From Epiperipatus broadwayi (taxonomy: Eukaryota > Animalia > Onychophora): DNA of 64,000 bases. A program made the translations under genes and the position numbers. The first letter of the stretch is position 1; each line of letters opens with the position of its first letter. The notes under the pieces are model-generated. The model did no database searches. It was not told the origin of the DNA and saw only the letters and a list, made by a program, of their open reading frames with translations. Positions 1 through 12,130 of the stretch are shown one piece after another. The DNA lies in the NCBI GenBank assembly GCA_028023455.1, contig JAQFVV010000006.1, positions 4,278,001 to 4,342,000 of the forward strand, written 5' to 3'.

Positions 1-939
1 CAATGATGAAATCAGGTTTGTTCCTTCTTCTGCACTATATAAACAATAGACTATTTATTACAGTAAATTCAAAATTTACTATGTATTAAATCACAAATTA
101 AAAATGAAATAGTATCTCTCTCCTGCTACAGAACAAATAGGTTTGTACAATTCAATTAATAATTTGGATTTAGGCATACAATGGGATGAAACCCTGATTT
201 CAGTGTAAGCGTACATTTATTCTTTTCAAACCAATCCTCGTGGACAAATGCATACAAATTTGTAAAAGCACATGACCGGAAGTTTGTTCCTTCTTTATAA
301 TAATAGCAAATAAGTAAAGATTTTGATTCTATCGGTATTTAATACTGCCAATAAAACTTCTACATATCATCTTTCAAAGTGCTGTAGAAAATGGATAAAA
401 GATATACAAACAACAAATAAAGGTGACGATTAAAGCAAATGCCACTGGACACAAAATATTTATATTAAATGTATGCATAATTACATGAAGCTAGTTTTTA
501 CTAAATACTAATTACTATTTTGAAAACCTTTACGAAACAATGGCAAATAACATCTACTTGCTATATCTATAATCTTAAGTTCAAGTCTGAATGAATCTTA
601 ACTTTCAACAGACTTAGTAGAAGCTCCATAGCCAAACCAACTAGATGGCTAAAATTGATCGGTAAATGGGTATCAAACAATTTTTAGCTAGAGATTAAAA
701 GCCCTAGATTACTCTGGGATGGTCAAACAAGTGTTGTGGCACTGATTACCAAAATAAAAAATCCAATGCTAATGCAATGTGTCTTTTATTTTTGGAGGGG
801 GGAGGGAGAGTGCATATAAGTGCTGACCCTATAATTATCTTTACTTTTAAATACAAGTTCTGAGAATTATTTACACTCTAGTTTGTGCCTTATTTATATA
901 GATTTAGGGGAAAAAATTATATACTGTAATAGATATCTA

Positions 940-1250
940 TGGTCAACGCTACCACTTGCCAAAACTTTAACCCGATTCCAAAACATGTGTTCCTCAGTCG
1001 AAATTTCTATTTGAAACATTACTACATACAATTCCTAACAAACTTTCTTCATCAACTTAATATAAATTAAATCTTATCCAGAAGATATACTGCACATCCC
1101 TCCAACCTATCCATATTTCTCATCCATATGCATTTCATAAGCATATAATTAATCTCAAGCAACAGTTCAAGAAAAAAATATAAAATTCTTTCATCCCTTC
1201 AATGCCTCTGTAATTATTCATAAACTTAGAACTATGTCATTTGATCACTG
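940..1250 (-). mobile_element. Highly decayed LINE reverse-transcriptase fragment (RTE-like)
   Basis: Remnants resembling NYRGI and EQ.GFR.GRGC motifs, broken by stops and frameshifts. Confidence 0.35.
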
Positions 1251-1282
1251 TTCTATAATTTTTGATAATAAGAAAAATGATG

Positions 1283-1658
1283 TTAAACCATTAAACAATC
1301 ACATGATCACTGTCTTATGCTCGCTCATAACTGTTATTAAAACAGGCACAATTCTCTATATAAGCTAATGAGCTTGGATTGAAAATATTATTGTGTTTTC
1401 AATTTTAATCTCATAGTTTTGTAGTTAAGTAGAGATAAAAGGTGGCTGCTGAAGGGTTGCATTAGATCCTAAGATCTAGGTGCAGTGCTCTCAGATCCAA
1501 GGCTCCCCACTGACAAAGCCACAACCTAAAACTTAGTCTGGGGATATTGGATGAGTAGGGACTAGATAGGGATTTTATGCACAAGCCTTCTGGCATCCAT
1601 TGATTACTCTGGCTTGCACTGAGTGGCATTACTGTACGGAGAGTTTTGCCTGTTTAAA
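1283..1658. mobile_element. Foldback/MITE family A copy (short left arm, long right arm)
   Basis: ttaaaccattaaacaatcacatgatcac terminus plus reverse complement of the 5047-5330 sequence. Confidence 0.85.
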
Positions 1659-1837
1659 TATGATGTTCTTAAAAACAATAATGAAGAGTTGTTTCATACA
1701 TACTTAAATGTTCTCAAATTCTTACCGAGAAAAAACTATCAACAAAATTTAGTAGTATAATATTTTTCAGAGTTGTACAATATTATAGCATTGATTCATA
1801 ATATTATTAATATACAAAGCTAGCTTATCTTTCGATA

Positions 1838-3308
1838 GGTACTTTGGTACTAGACCTGCTGTGATTAAATCTTGACCTCACAAACAAATCTGTAAATAAA
1901 TGTCAAATTAAAAACATTTACAATCTTTTACAACAGAAAAGAAATCAATTTTTTTACCTGAATATTACATAATATTCTGATCCGGATAAGGTTTTTACAG
2001 AAAATATGGTTTTCATTGTTAATTTTACATTTTAAATTATGCCGTGATGTCATCCAAGAATCCTGGCATGATGTTACATATATATCTCACTACCTTCTTT
2101 AATTGCTGACCTGTGATTTTTTTTCTACTGTCAATCTACATATTTTTGTGTACAACAAAATGATTGTTAAAATTTGGAAGTCATCTATCATTGAACAGGA
2201 TACAGTCCATTTCATCAAAAAATATGAAATCCTCCATCCACAAAAAGTATGTGACAACAGCTATGATCCTTTATATCCATATTTCTGATGAAGAATGGCA
2301 TTGTTATATTGGAGGTCGTGAAAAGAAACTGGACATTCATAAGACAATGTGCTTCCAGGGTTCCTAAATCACCTTCCTCACTGTACTAAGATTCAACTAC
2401 AGCTGGTCATGAGAATTGATATATATCAAATGGTGCAAAGACCAAGTAGAAATCATCAACTGGAACAACTATCTTTATGAAGTCTGTGCATCTACATTGC
2501 AGCTTAAGAGAAACACAGAATCAGAGACCCCAACAAAGTGGTCAAAATTGACAAAAGCCTATTTAAGTAAATCATTTTTTTTTTTATATAGCGCGGTGTT
2601 TATAAACTGTAATATTTAAACAGCATTAAGCTGTTGCACATGCGCTTTGCAGATTTTAACTATAAATGAATGAATACTAACACTTCAAACACATGAGCTC
2701 AAAAACTAGATTTACTTCCGGAGCAGTGAATGTTCAGGGGATTCTGTAGAAAGACAGACCAATGCTTCATCGTCAGAATTCCCAACAGGACAATCCCGAC
2801 TCCCATGCAAACCATCAAAGAGAATGTCGAAAAGGGCTCCTCAATTTACTCAAATTGTTGTAAATCATACAAAACAGATGAACTGCGAGATGCTGGTTAT
2901 ATATATTTTCAGGACAACTATAGTTATAACTTCACAGAGCCAGAAACCAATGTCCACACACAGAATATAGAATGATTTTGAGATTCAGCCAAATAGCAGA
3001 AAAACAAGAGGAACTGTGCATCAGCACCTCGTTTCCCATTTGGCCAAATTTATTTGGAGGCAAATACACAAACAGACACTTTCAATTCCATTTTGGATGA
3101 CATCAAAAACTTTAGTCCATTTCAGTAATTATTAAGATAAATATATGTTTTGTTTTTTTTTTTTAAAAAAAAAATTACGGGTCACCATTTGCGCTAAATC
3201 AATTAACTTTATTCGAAGATTCCATGCATGCATTAATTTACAAAATCACAAAGTTAGAATAATTATCACCGGACAAACACATCATGGTATGTCTAATACC
3301 AAAGTACT
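1838..3308 (+). mobile_element. Merlin (ISXO2/IS1595-like DDE) DNA transposon, full length but pseudogenised
   Basis: TIR GGTACTTTGGTACTAGAC at 1838 and its inverse ending 3308; degenerate 8-bp TSD tttcgata/ctttgatg. Transposase remnants: NWNNYLYEVCA, DPNKVVKIDKSLF, PEQ*MFRGFCR, NYSYNFTEPETNVHTQNIE. Confidence 0.88.
2575..2695 (-). mobile_element. L2/CR1-type LINE or SINE 3' end inserted into the Merlin transposase
   Basis: Minus strand ends gcgctatata-A13 and interrupts the transposase between the DKSLF and LPEQ motifs. Confidence 0.55.
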
Positions 3309-4269
3309 CTTTGATGCAGTTATATAAATTTTAAATAAAATACATATCCACCTCCGTAACATATTACTTTCTTTAAATTCAAATCATTCCTCATCTGTTT
3401 TGACACACCAATTGTATTGCCTGTATTTTCATATGTTGTGTATTAAATGTTATCTTACTTAAATTTAACTTCTTGAAAATATGTTAATATTTATTTATAA
3501 TTTGTTATTAATTGAATTTACTTTATTTAAAAAAAAAAGGATTAAATAAAATGAAATAAATAAAACAATCAAATGATTCAAATATAATTACAAAAATGAT
3601 ATTCTGCAAAATCTCATTCCAGTTTCTCAAGAGACTGGAGAGAATAAGTGATAGATAAGTTAAGATGATAGAAATGAATTTAAAAATATAAACAAGAAGG
3701 TTTTAATAAGTTAGTCATTAAAATACTATACAAATAAAAAATAACTATTTTCTTAAAGAATGAGTTGCAAAAAGAGAAAAGGTTGGGGAAAACTAAATGT
3801 CATTTCTACCTCCCCCTCCCCCCAATCCCCACCCACAAAGTTGAAAAAAAAAGTTTGTTATTTTTTTCAAATATAATAAAACTGTCATTTAGAATTTTAA
3901 AAAATATCTGTGCAAAGAAATACTGCAAATGGAATGCAACTTGTTAACAATAGATATTAAAAATAGGTTTTAAAAACAAAATAGCTAAGGTATTTCTATG
4001 GCAAAGATTTTAAACCAAAGAAAGCAGATGATAGATGCAGAAAAAGAATACACGTATAAAACATGCATAGAGAATTTACTAAACATCAATAAAGTAAAAG
4101 ATGGCTATAAAATACTCAGTGATATGCACGATGATTATATCCTAAAACACTGAGGATTTCTTTTCCACAATGCATTATTTCAAAAAAATGTTGAAAATAG
4201 TGTTATTACATAAAAAATGAATGTGTTATTCCAAGCCTGTAGAATTTAAATACCAAATCCGTTTCTTCT

Positions 4270-4860
4270 ACTCAAGAGCTGCCACCTAGTGTCAGCTTGA
4301 GTAAATAGATGCCAGATAATATTGCTTAATAAATCCCTAGGAAATGCTGTCTTATCTATACCACCGGAACTGTTTCTGACTGACAGATTTCATCAGCAAG
4401 GAATTTTGGATGTGGATTTAATGCACTTTGTTTTTTAAGATGTAATGCATCTTTCCTTCAGCGGCCACCATTTACATCTATTTCCACTATCAAATCATCA
4501 GCATGACAATAAAATCACCTTAATGTTTTGAATCTAAGAAAGCTTGCTCCTTAGTTATATAGATATACCACCAATCCAGTAGCTACATATTTTTGTATCC
4601 TCAGTTTTTTGGTGGATAAGGATCAGAATCATTATAACATTCCTAAAACATCACGACCACTGCTTATAATTATTTTCAAGTATCAAATCTATTTCTCCTA
4701 CTATAGTTCTGCCATCTGGTGTAAGTTTGAGTAAACAATAGATGCTAGATGGCAGTGCTTAATACATATCTATCCAATGTTGTCCTAGATATGTTTTTAG
4801 ACTAATTTCTAGTTTATGGCTTTTATCAATTAGGAGTTTGCGTCTGAGTCTAGCGGAACC
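4270..4860. mobile_element. Diverged fragments of the foldback superfamily (A-prime)
   Basis: CTGCCACCTAGTGT (4279) and CTGCCATCTGGTGT (4709), then ccaatgttgtcctag...gactaatttctagtttatggcttttatca cassette. Confidence 0.6.
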
Positions 4861-5046
4861 TGGATTTTTTTTTTTAAAATCTAATATACACCTTTCCCCC
4901 TGTAATCGTTATTAACTTTTTTTAATTATCAAGCTACCAGTTTGAAATTCAAAAATGCAGATACTTATATTCTTTGATTGGGATTGTAACGATACCAACA
5001 AAACATCACATGATCTGGGCCTATACATTACTTTTAAGTAGATTTA

Positions 5047-5400
5047 TTAAACAAGGCAAAACTCTCCATACAGTAGTGCCACCCTGTGCCAACCAGATTA
5101 ATCAATGGATGTTGGAAGGCTTGTGCATAAAATCCCTATCTAGTGCCTACTCATCCAATATCCCCAGACTAGTTTCTGGCTTGTGGCCTTCGTCAGTGAG
5201 GAGCCTTGGATCTGAGAGCACTGCACCTAGATCTTAGGATCTAATGCAACCCTCCAGCAGCCACCTTTTAACTCTACTTAACTACAAAACTATGAGAATG
5301 AAATTGAAAACACTATTTTCAATCTAAGCTCAATAGCTTATATAGTCATATGGGTCTGAACTCAGTTCAGCACCCCTACATTTTGATGTCTTTGGCTCTT
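5047..5400 (+). mobile_element. Foldback family A arm (reference-like copy)
   Basis: cagtagtgccaccc...ccaatatccccagactagtttctggcttgtggccttcgtcagtgaggagccttggatctgag... Confidence 0.9.
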
Positions 5401-5442
5401 GAACAACCATAGCCACCACTATCCTATTAGGCAGGATTGGCG

Positions 5443-5669
5443 TTAAACCACTAAACATCACATGATCACCATCACATACTAGCACATAATTGTTATTACA
5501 CCAGGCAAAACTCTCCATACAGTAGTGCCACCCTGTGTCCACCAGAGTATGCACAAGCCTTCTGGCATCCATTGATTACTCTGGTTGGCACAGGGTGGCA
5601 CTACTGTACGGAGAGTTTTGCCTGGTGTAATAACAATTATGTGCTAGTATGAGATAGTGATCATGTGAT
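5443..5669. mobile_element. Internally deleted family A element forming a 93-bp-arm hairpin
   Basis: Arms 5457-5549 and 5577-5669, 5 mismatches, 27-bp spacer. Confidence 0.93.
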
Positions 5670-7747
5670 AGAAGATTTATTGCTATTAATTAAGTTTTGC
5701 CACTTCATATTTACACAAAATAGCAGGACTAGAATAGAAGAAGCAGACTTAGCTACATAAAAGTAATGTATAGATAGATGTCGTGTTGTTTTGTTAGAAT
5801 TGAAATATATTATTGTACAGACATCAAATGAATTTCAAATAGTTTAGCCTGCTTTCCACAAATCTCACTATTAATTTGAAACTTTTTTTGTCCACAGAAT
5901 ATATTAGTATATAAAGAAAGAAGAGATCTTCCCAATAATAAAGATGTTTTTGAGTGGCCTAAAAACCAAACATACCATAAACATTGTGGAAAATGCTATT
6001 TGCATGATCACCAGAAATTGGTATGAATTTGACAGCTCTTGATAATAATATAATATAATGTAAAACCTGCAAAAGGATTTAAATCTAATCAGCTTGATCA
6101 AAATTAAATATTAGGATTCGGAAATTTAAACACGCAGTGTAAATGACTAATGATAAGGGGTGAGTACTGTCAATGGAAAAGGTTTTGAAGAACGTCCAGA
6201 AAATACACGCTCTCCAATTTTTATATCAAATTCATTTTCAAATTACTGAATGACATCCTACTGATAACGATTAACTTAAACAGACGACTGAACATAAATT
6301 TGGAGCCTAAACATTTATTCTGTAACATCAAAACGTTTCCATGATTGTTTGAATAATGTAACGCATTTGAACAAATAAAACAAAAAATAGTTCAAACTCC
6401 ATGTACAAACTAGAAAGAAAATATTAAGTTTTCATCCGCACAATGCAAATAGTTTTCACGCCAGTATTAGGAAACAAAAGTCAATAAGGGGTGAAGTAGT
6501 TGACAATAATACGTGACAAAAGAAATATGAAAACATGGAATAAGTACTTCAAGAGATGCTTAAGATATGCTCCAAAGAAACTACTGGAAGCAAGTTGATC
6601 GGACACTGGTTCTTCTTTCTGTGCGGAGTTAATATTCTAAAGTTTTATAAGACAAAATTTTGGGCGATAAAAGGTGAAGCAAGATTTTAAAAAAAAATCA
6701 AAATGTCTACCAATTTTAACGAGCACGTAAATAATTTTTGGAACTTCTCAATATGTAACGCTAATAACAACAACCTATTCACAAACCATTTATGTTTGAA
6801 AACTTTACTAAAATAATTCATAAGCCACATTCTCATAGAATCATATTTAATTAAACTTGTAAATAATGCCTATTTTTTTGTTGTATCAATGCGAATCTAT
6901 TTTTCAAGTACCAACACTAGATTAATGACTATATAATACACAGTAATCACATAAAATATCTTTTAATTGACAAAATAGATTGGCATTGATATAACAAGAA
7001 ATAGACATTATTTACAAGTTCAATAAAAGACGATTCTTTGGGGATCTGGCCTATGACATGTCTTATTAATAATTATGGACTTAAATGTTTCGTAAATAGA
7101 TTTAAAATGAAAGCTTATAGGGATGCAACTATATTAACAACATATTCTTTTGTTAATAAAAAATTACTCAAAATATTAACAGAATCTTCATGACCATGAG
7201 GGCTATTTAGGAGGTAGCATCGATCCTCTTCTTAGTTATAGTTTATATTTGATGATTGGCGCCTGCACTGTACAAATTACACTTCGATTTAGAAATGGTT
7301 AACCTGTAGGAACATGGCGGATTAATTTATTCTTAAACCTGGAAACTAGATTCAATGATTAAAAAATCATCATTATCAAAAACTATAGGATCCTGCTTTT
7401 TTTCACCCTCAATGGCATGGGCTCATGCCGTCCCCAACACTTGACAGTTTCTTCAACCCTTTGGAAGAACGCAGAACAAATGTCAATTAGCCATTGATAA
7501 ACCGTTTGTACTAATTACTCTTTTCAAAGTTAAACACTTTAGATCTAATCATTTCCATATATAATAATCAAATTAATATTTTCAAGTGTTTTTGCATTAG
7601 ACGAAAGGACAACAAATAACTTTACTTATCAGTAAATAATAAATGTTTTTGGTTAAAATACTTTATGTATTACAGTTGCCACACAGACTCTAATGTGTTC
7701 CTACTACATTTAAAAAATTAGAAAACAAGATGGGGTCCATCACAGTG

Positions 7748-7862
7748 ATATAATTACTTCAACAAAATTGGTTCATCTTACTCTGCGAAAATCATGTGAT
7801 ATTGTTGGTAAGACTAATGGACTGCCAAATTTATTATGTGTGAGACATAGAATCCTTACCAA
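7748..7862 (+). repeat. Dispersed direct repeat, second copy at 9368-9486
   Basis: tacttcaacaaaatt.gttcat..tactctg..aaaatca.gtgatattgttggtaag shared between copies. Confidence 0.8.
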
Positions 7863-8185
7863 CATCATGCAAACTCAATGGAAAGATTTCATTTACAAAT
7901 ACTTCATAATATTCTAAAAATATTATTAGCTAGAACATAGAACCAAACAGTAAATACTCCAGCTTGCTGGACGTATTACTAATGAGCATCCACATCTCCA
8001 TTGGATTAAGCATATAAGGATACTAAAAATAAGGAACTTCTGAAATTGGTATTTTGCAAAGTTTTACCTTATAAACATCAATTCAGTCGTTAGAAGATAT
8101 CGATTGATTCCATTGGAGGTGAGAAAAGAAAGCAATGGATGACTACAATTATATGACATAATGAAGTCTTTCAGAAGAAAAAAAA

Positions 8186-8790
8186 TATTAAACATCACAT
8201 GACCACCATACCACCCAGTGCTAAGCCTTAGTAATCAATGGGCGCAAGAAGGGTTGTGCGTAAAATTCCTATCTTGTGTCTAGTTATCCAATATTCCCAG
8301 ATTAGTTTCTAGCTTGTGGTTTTCATTAATGAGGAGCTTTGGATCTGACAGCGCTGCACATAGATCTTAGAATCCAATGCAACCCACCAGCAGTCACCTT
8401 TTGCCTATTTAGTTAACTATAAAGTTTTGAGCCCAAAATCAAAACACAATAATATTTTTCCAAGCTAATTTGCTTAAATATTCATACAGATCAAAAAAAC
8501 CCAGTTCAGTATCTATACATTTTGATGTCTTTGAATTTTTAATTAGCTTAGATTGAAAACATTATTGGGTTTTCACGTTGGGCTTATAGATACATAGTTA
8601 ACAAAATAGAAAAAGGTGGCTACTAGAGGGTTGCATTGTATCTTAATATCTAGGTGCAATCCAAGATTCCTCACTGATGAAACCACAAGCTAGAAACTAA
8701 TCGGGGGATATTGAAGGAATAGGCAATAGATTTTATGCACAAATTTTCTTGCATTCATTGACTACTAAAGCTTGCACTAGGTGGCACTAA
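8186..8790. mobile_element. Long foldback family A element (arms about 240-280 bp)
   Basis: About 8215-8470 is inverted at about 8550-8790, with a central spacer related to 5330-5395. Confidence 0.87.
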
Positions 8791-10253
8791 TGACTGGAAA
8801 GATTTACTGCTGTTAAGAAAAATTGTTCAAGAAAAGTTAAAAGATAGCATTACAAGATGACAAATAAAGAAATATACGAATGTGTGTTTGCTTTTTGTGG
8901 AATGGTTAATATAGACTTCACAAAATTTATCGTTAATTTTTTTTTCCTTATCATTTTTTGTCTCCTGGAGTTAGACTGCCTATACTGGCCTACGAATGGG
9001 AGCAAGTAATATATACAATAATGACAAATGCAAAAAAAAAAAAAAACATTTAAAGAGATTCAAATGATGAAATATCAACTAAAAATAGTATATATTAAAC
9101 AAAATAGGCTTTTTCTTTCCACAATAGCAGAACTTGCCTATTCGATAATATAAATTTCAATTTTTCTCAGACTAAAAAAAAAGAATGAATCATTCAAAAA
9201 AATAATACTTTGAAATAATAAAACATTTTAATTAAAAAATTTAAATTCTGAAAAAAGTAAAAAAAGTGGTGAAGAGAAAGGTATATGGCTATATGATAAA
9301 CTTTAGCTGAAGGGCATCCATCTTGAATAGAACAAAATTCTTTCTGCATGGATTTCTACTATCAATCATATAACTACTTCAACAAAATTAGTTCATGCTA
9401 CTCTGAAAAAATCACGTGATATTGTTGGTAAGCCTAATTTTCTGCTAAATTTATTATGTGGAAGTGAGATATAGGACCCTTACCACTATAATATAAACGC
9501 AATGGAACAATGTCATTTGACTAACATAGTAATAAATACTATTGGTGAAGCTTCGAGTCTGCAATGGGTTACTTAAAAAATTGAAGTCAGAAATAATGTT
9601 TGAATTTATCCCTTTTAATGTCGTCACCTGGTACTTCAATTATAGCCTACCCAAAAAATAAAATATTAAAATCGGTCACATGCTCTTATATTGTCATGGC
9701 AAGTCGGACTAAATTTTGTTTTTTTTTTTTCTTTCAAAAATTTAAAATTAAATTTGAAAAAGTACCAAAGCATAAAACTAGAGATCATAGAAATTCTGTC
9801 AAGCTTAAAAGTGTTTATGAAGTTCTTCCCGTACATGTTCAAAGTAAAAATTATTAATTTAATGGTAGGAAATGATATTAAGAAGTTTGCCATATGTAAT
9901 CATCTATTTGCGAAAGAATAAGGGGGGGGGGGGACAAGACGTAGAATTTAAACAAATTATAAAAGACTACAATAGGTTTTATTATTATTTTTAAGGGTGT
10001 GGAAATACACACACATACTCCACTTCTTATATATGTAAATACATTACATGCTCTAAAATTTGACTGTTTTTTGTTCACACGTTCTATTCTACCTTTAAAA
10101 ATCCTAATTTGTGTATATAATATAAATTTTTATATGAAATTGTATTATAGGCATAACCATTGTACACGTTCTTTTCTTTTGGACTTCTCTGACAATCTCA
10201 GAATATTATAGATTACTTATACAGAAAACTATTTTGCATACGTTAGTCCATTT

Positions 10254-10440
10254 TAATAAAGAAGTGGTTTCTTTCTTTCCTTTATATTATACAGGTGAGT
10301 GCACTTTTGGTGGTGGGCACCATAATCATCTCTGATTATGGTAATTATGATGCTTGCCAACTAAAATCTGATTATGGTACTAGCCACTGAAAGTGCACCC
10401 AGCTATATAATATAAAGAAAAGAAAGAAACTGCTTTATTA
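10254..10440. mobile_element. MITE family C
   Basis: TIR taataaag..tttctttc..ctttatattata.ag.tg.gtgcactt; related copy at 16110-16270. Confidence 0.75.
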
Positions 10441-11119
10441 GGCATATGGATCAATACAAAAGAATTACATAGCCAAGCGAAAAGAAAATTAATACTGTAT
10501 AGAAGATATAAAACAGATGACTGAACTAGTACATTAATAAAAACAAACAATGAAAGATGTTTGTGCTGTACATAAGGAAATATACAAGTGCAGTTCAGTG
10601 CAGCAAACAATATATATTATAAACAAAGTGTGCCCTACTATCTGCTAATTTGTGGCACCTGCTACAAGCTCTGAAGAAAATATAATGGACGCAGCACCTT
10701 GCTATACATTATTTACAAATAATGGCATTCTAAATAATCCCAGTATTAAATTTTATTTACTCAATTTGCAACATAAACTTATTATTTCTGCAAAAATAAT
10801 CAATATATATATTCACAGTATTCTTTAACCTTCTTCTGGTATTAAAATCCCTTGGCTTAGTATTGACTAAAATAGAAGCAAAGATGATTACTTTAATCCG
10901 AGAAAATAATTCGTTACGAGTACAGCAACCTTGGATTCTAAATCAATCATAAGCTAGAATAATTAAAAATATAATTAAAAAGGATGTCATATTGTAATTA
11001 GGATTAAGATTTTCTTTTCATGTAGCTCCCCCGTGACCAATCCACTTGTTCAATATCAATGGATAAACAAGTATTTATCCCTATCTAGAAAATAAAATAT
11101 GGATGGGGGGGGGGATACA

Positions 11120-11310
11120 ATTATGCCACCTAGTGGTGTTTTAGAATCAATAGACTCCAGATCCAAGGCTTCTTCTCACTTAGAAAAGACATAAAGACAG
11201 AAACTACTCTGGGCATATTGGATAGGATAGCATTGAATAAGGATTTATAAAGCATTACCATTGAGCATCTACTGGTTATTAAAGCTTACACTAGATAGTG
11301 GTAGTGAAAA
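11120..11310. mobile_element. Foldback superfamily (A-prime) copy
   Basis: TGCCACCTAGTGG at 11124 and an inverted arm ...aaagcttacactagatag. Confidence 0.65.
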
Positions 11311-11610
11311 AAAGTAAAAAACTGCTTAAATTCTCATCAGCTGGCAGATGACAAATATGATGTATAATGCCTTCTCTTCACTATTCCTCTATGGGAATTA
11401 TGGGAAAAAAATTTGCAGTGGAATATTTGAAGACTGTTTTACTATGAAGGAATTATTTACTTATTAAAAAAAACCTAATTGTAAAGCAGCTGAATATTTT
11501 AATATTGCATTTTTATTTAAAAAAACTAAAAACATTAATGTATTACTATCACCGCCAAATCAGAGACTTGATTTAGCAACGAATTATATAAGCCCTGGAG
11601 TCAAACTTAC

Positions 11611-11721
11611 CATTCCAGCCGAGTTCTTTGAGAGAGTTGTGTAAAGTATGATAATCCGTATTGTGTTCACATGCTTTTATTACTAAATCATTCAAAATAT
11701 CATCTTCGTCTTCTTTGCTAT
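11611..11721 (-). CDS. MAPKAPK5: MK5 exon (111 nt): (D)SKEDEDDILNDLVIKACEHNTDYHTLHNSLKELGWN(G)
   Basis: tttctatttag acceptor, ATG|gtaagt donor; ends in WNG like vertebrate MK5. Read-through would add GKFDSRAYIIRC* to 11573. Confidence 0.88.
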
Positions 11722-11944
11722 CTAAATAGAAATAAGATAGATTATTACTAACAGGCATTAACGTACACAAAATAAAACAATCTTACAATTTTTACAATTT
11801 ACTGTATGTAAAATTTTATCGTTACTACGAATAGAATCCCTTTCTGAAAAATCAATTAAACAAAAATAAAATTTCAGTGTTTGCTGTAACAAACTCGATC
11901 CATGTATTTTTGAAGTAGATGGACCATAGAGTGTTCTCATGACC

Positions 11945-12130
11945 TGAGTTTAAACCCAGGCTTCACATTTTTATTTCAGCTAACAAGTCTATATCCAATC
12001 CAGCTAACTATTCAATTATGGTCGATAAATGGGAATCTAACTATCTTCCGCTCGACGATATAATAATGATGAAACATTCAAACTCTCACCACCGGAAACT
12101 CCTAATTAGTACTGCTAGAGGCCAGTGGCA
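11945..12130 (+). mobile_element. Degenerate SINE-like fragment
   Basis: B-box-like gagtttaaaccc followed by ggtcgataaatggg. Confidence 0.3.

Noticed and set aside
990-1056. VDEESLLGIV resembling MK5 VDRLKLAEIV
   Set aside because: Needs a weak AAG acceptor, omits GRGFTDK and lies within a probable RT remnant
4974-5572. ORFs 4974-5237 and 5330-5572; likewise 13741-13923 and 28145-28375
   Set aside because: Incidental frames through family A repeats; frames not conserved among copies
5810-5958. Candidate MK5 terminal exon (ttttag|GC; GHSKTS...AKLFEIHLMSVQ*)
   Set aside because: Phase-compatible and open for 48 codons, but similarity to the MK5 tail is limited to KLxEI; chance level
5976-6066. 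Candidate exon with ccttttgcag acceptor (GFTLYYIIIK...W*)
   Set aside because: Only GFT matches MK5; low-complexity AT-rich sequence
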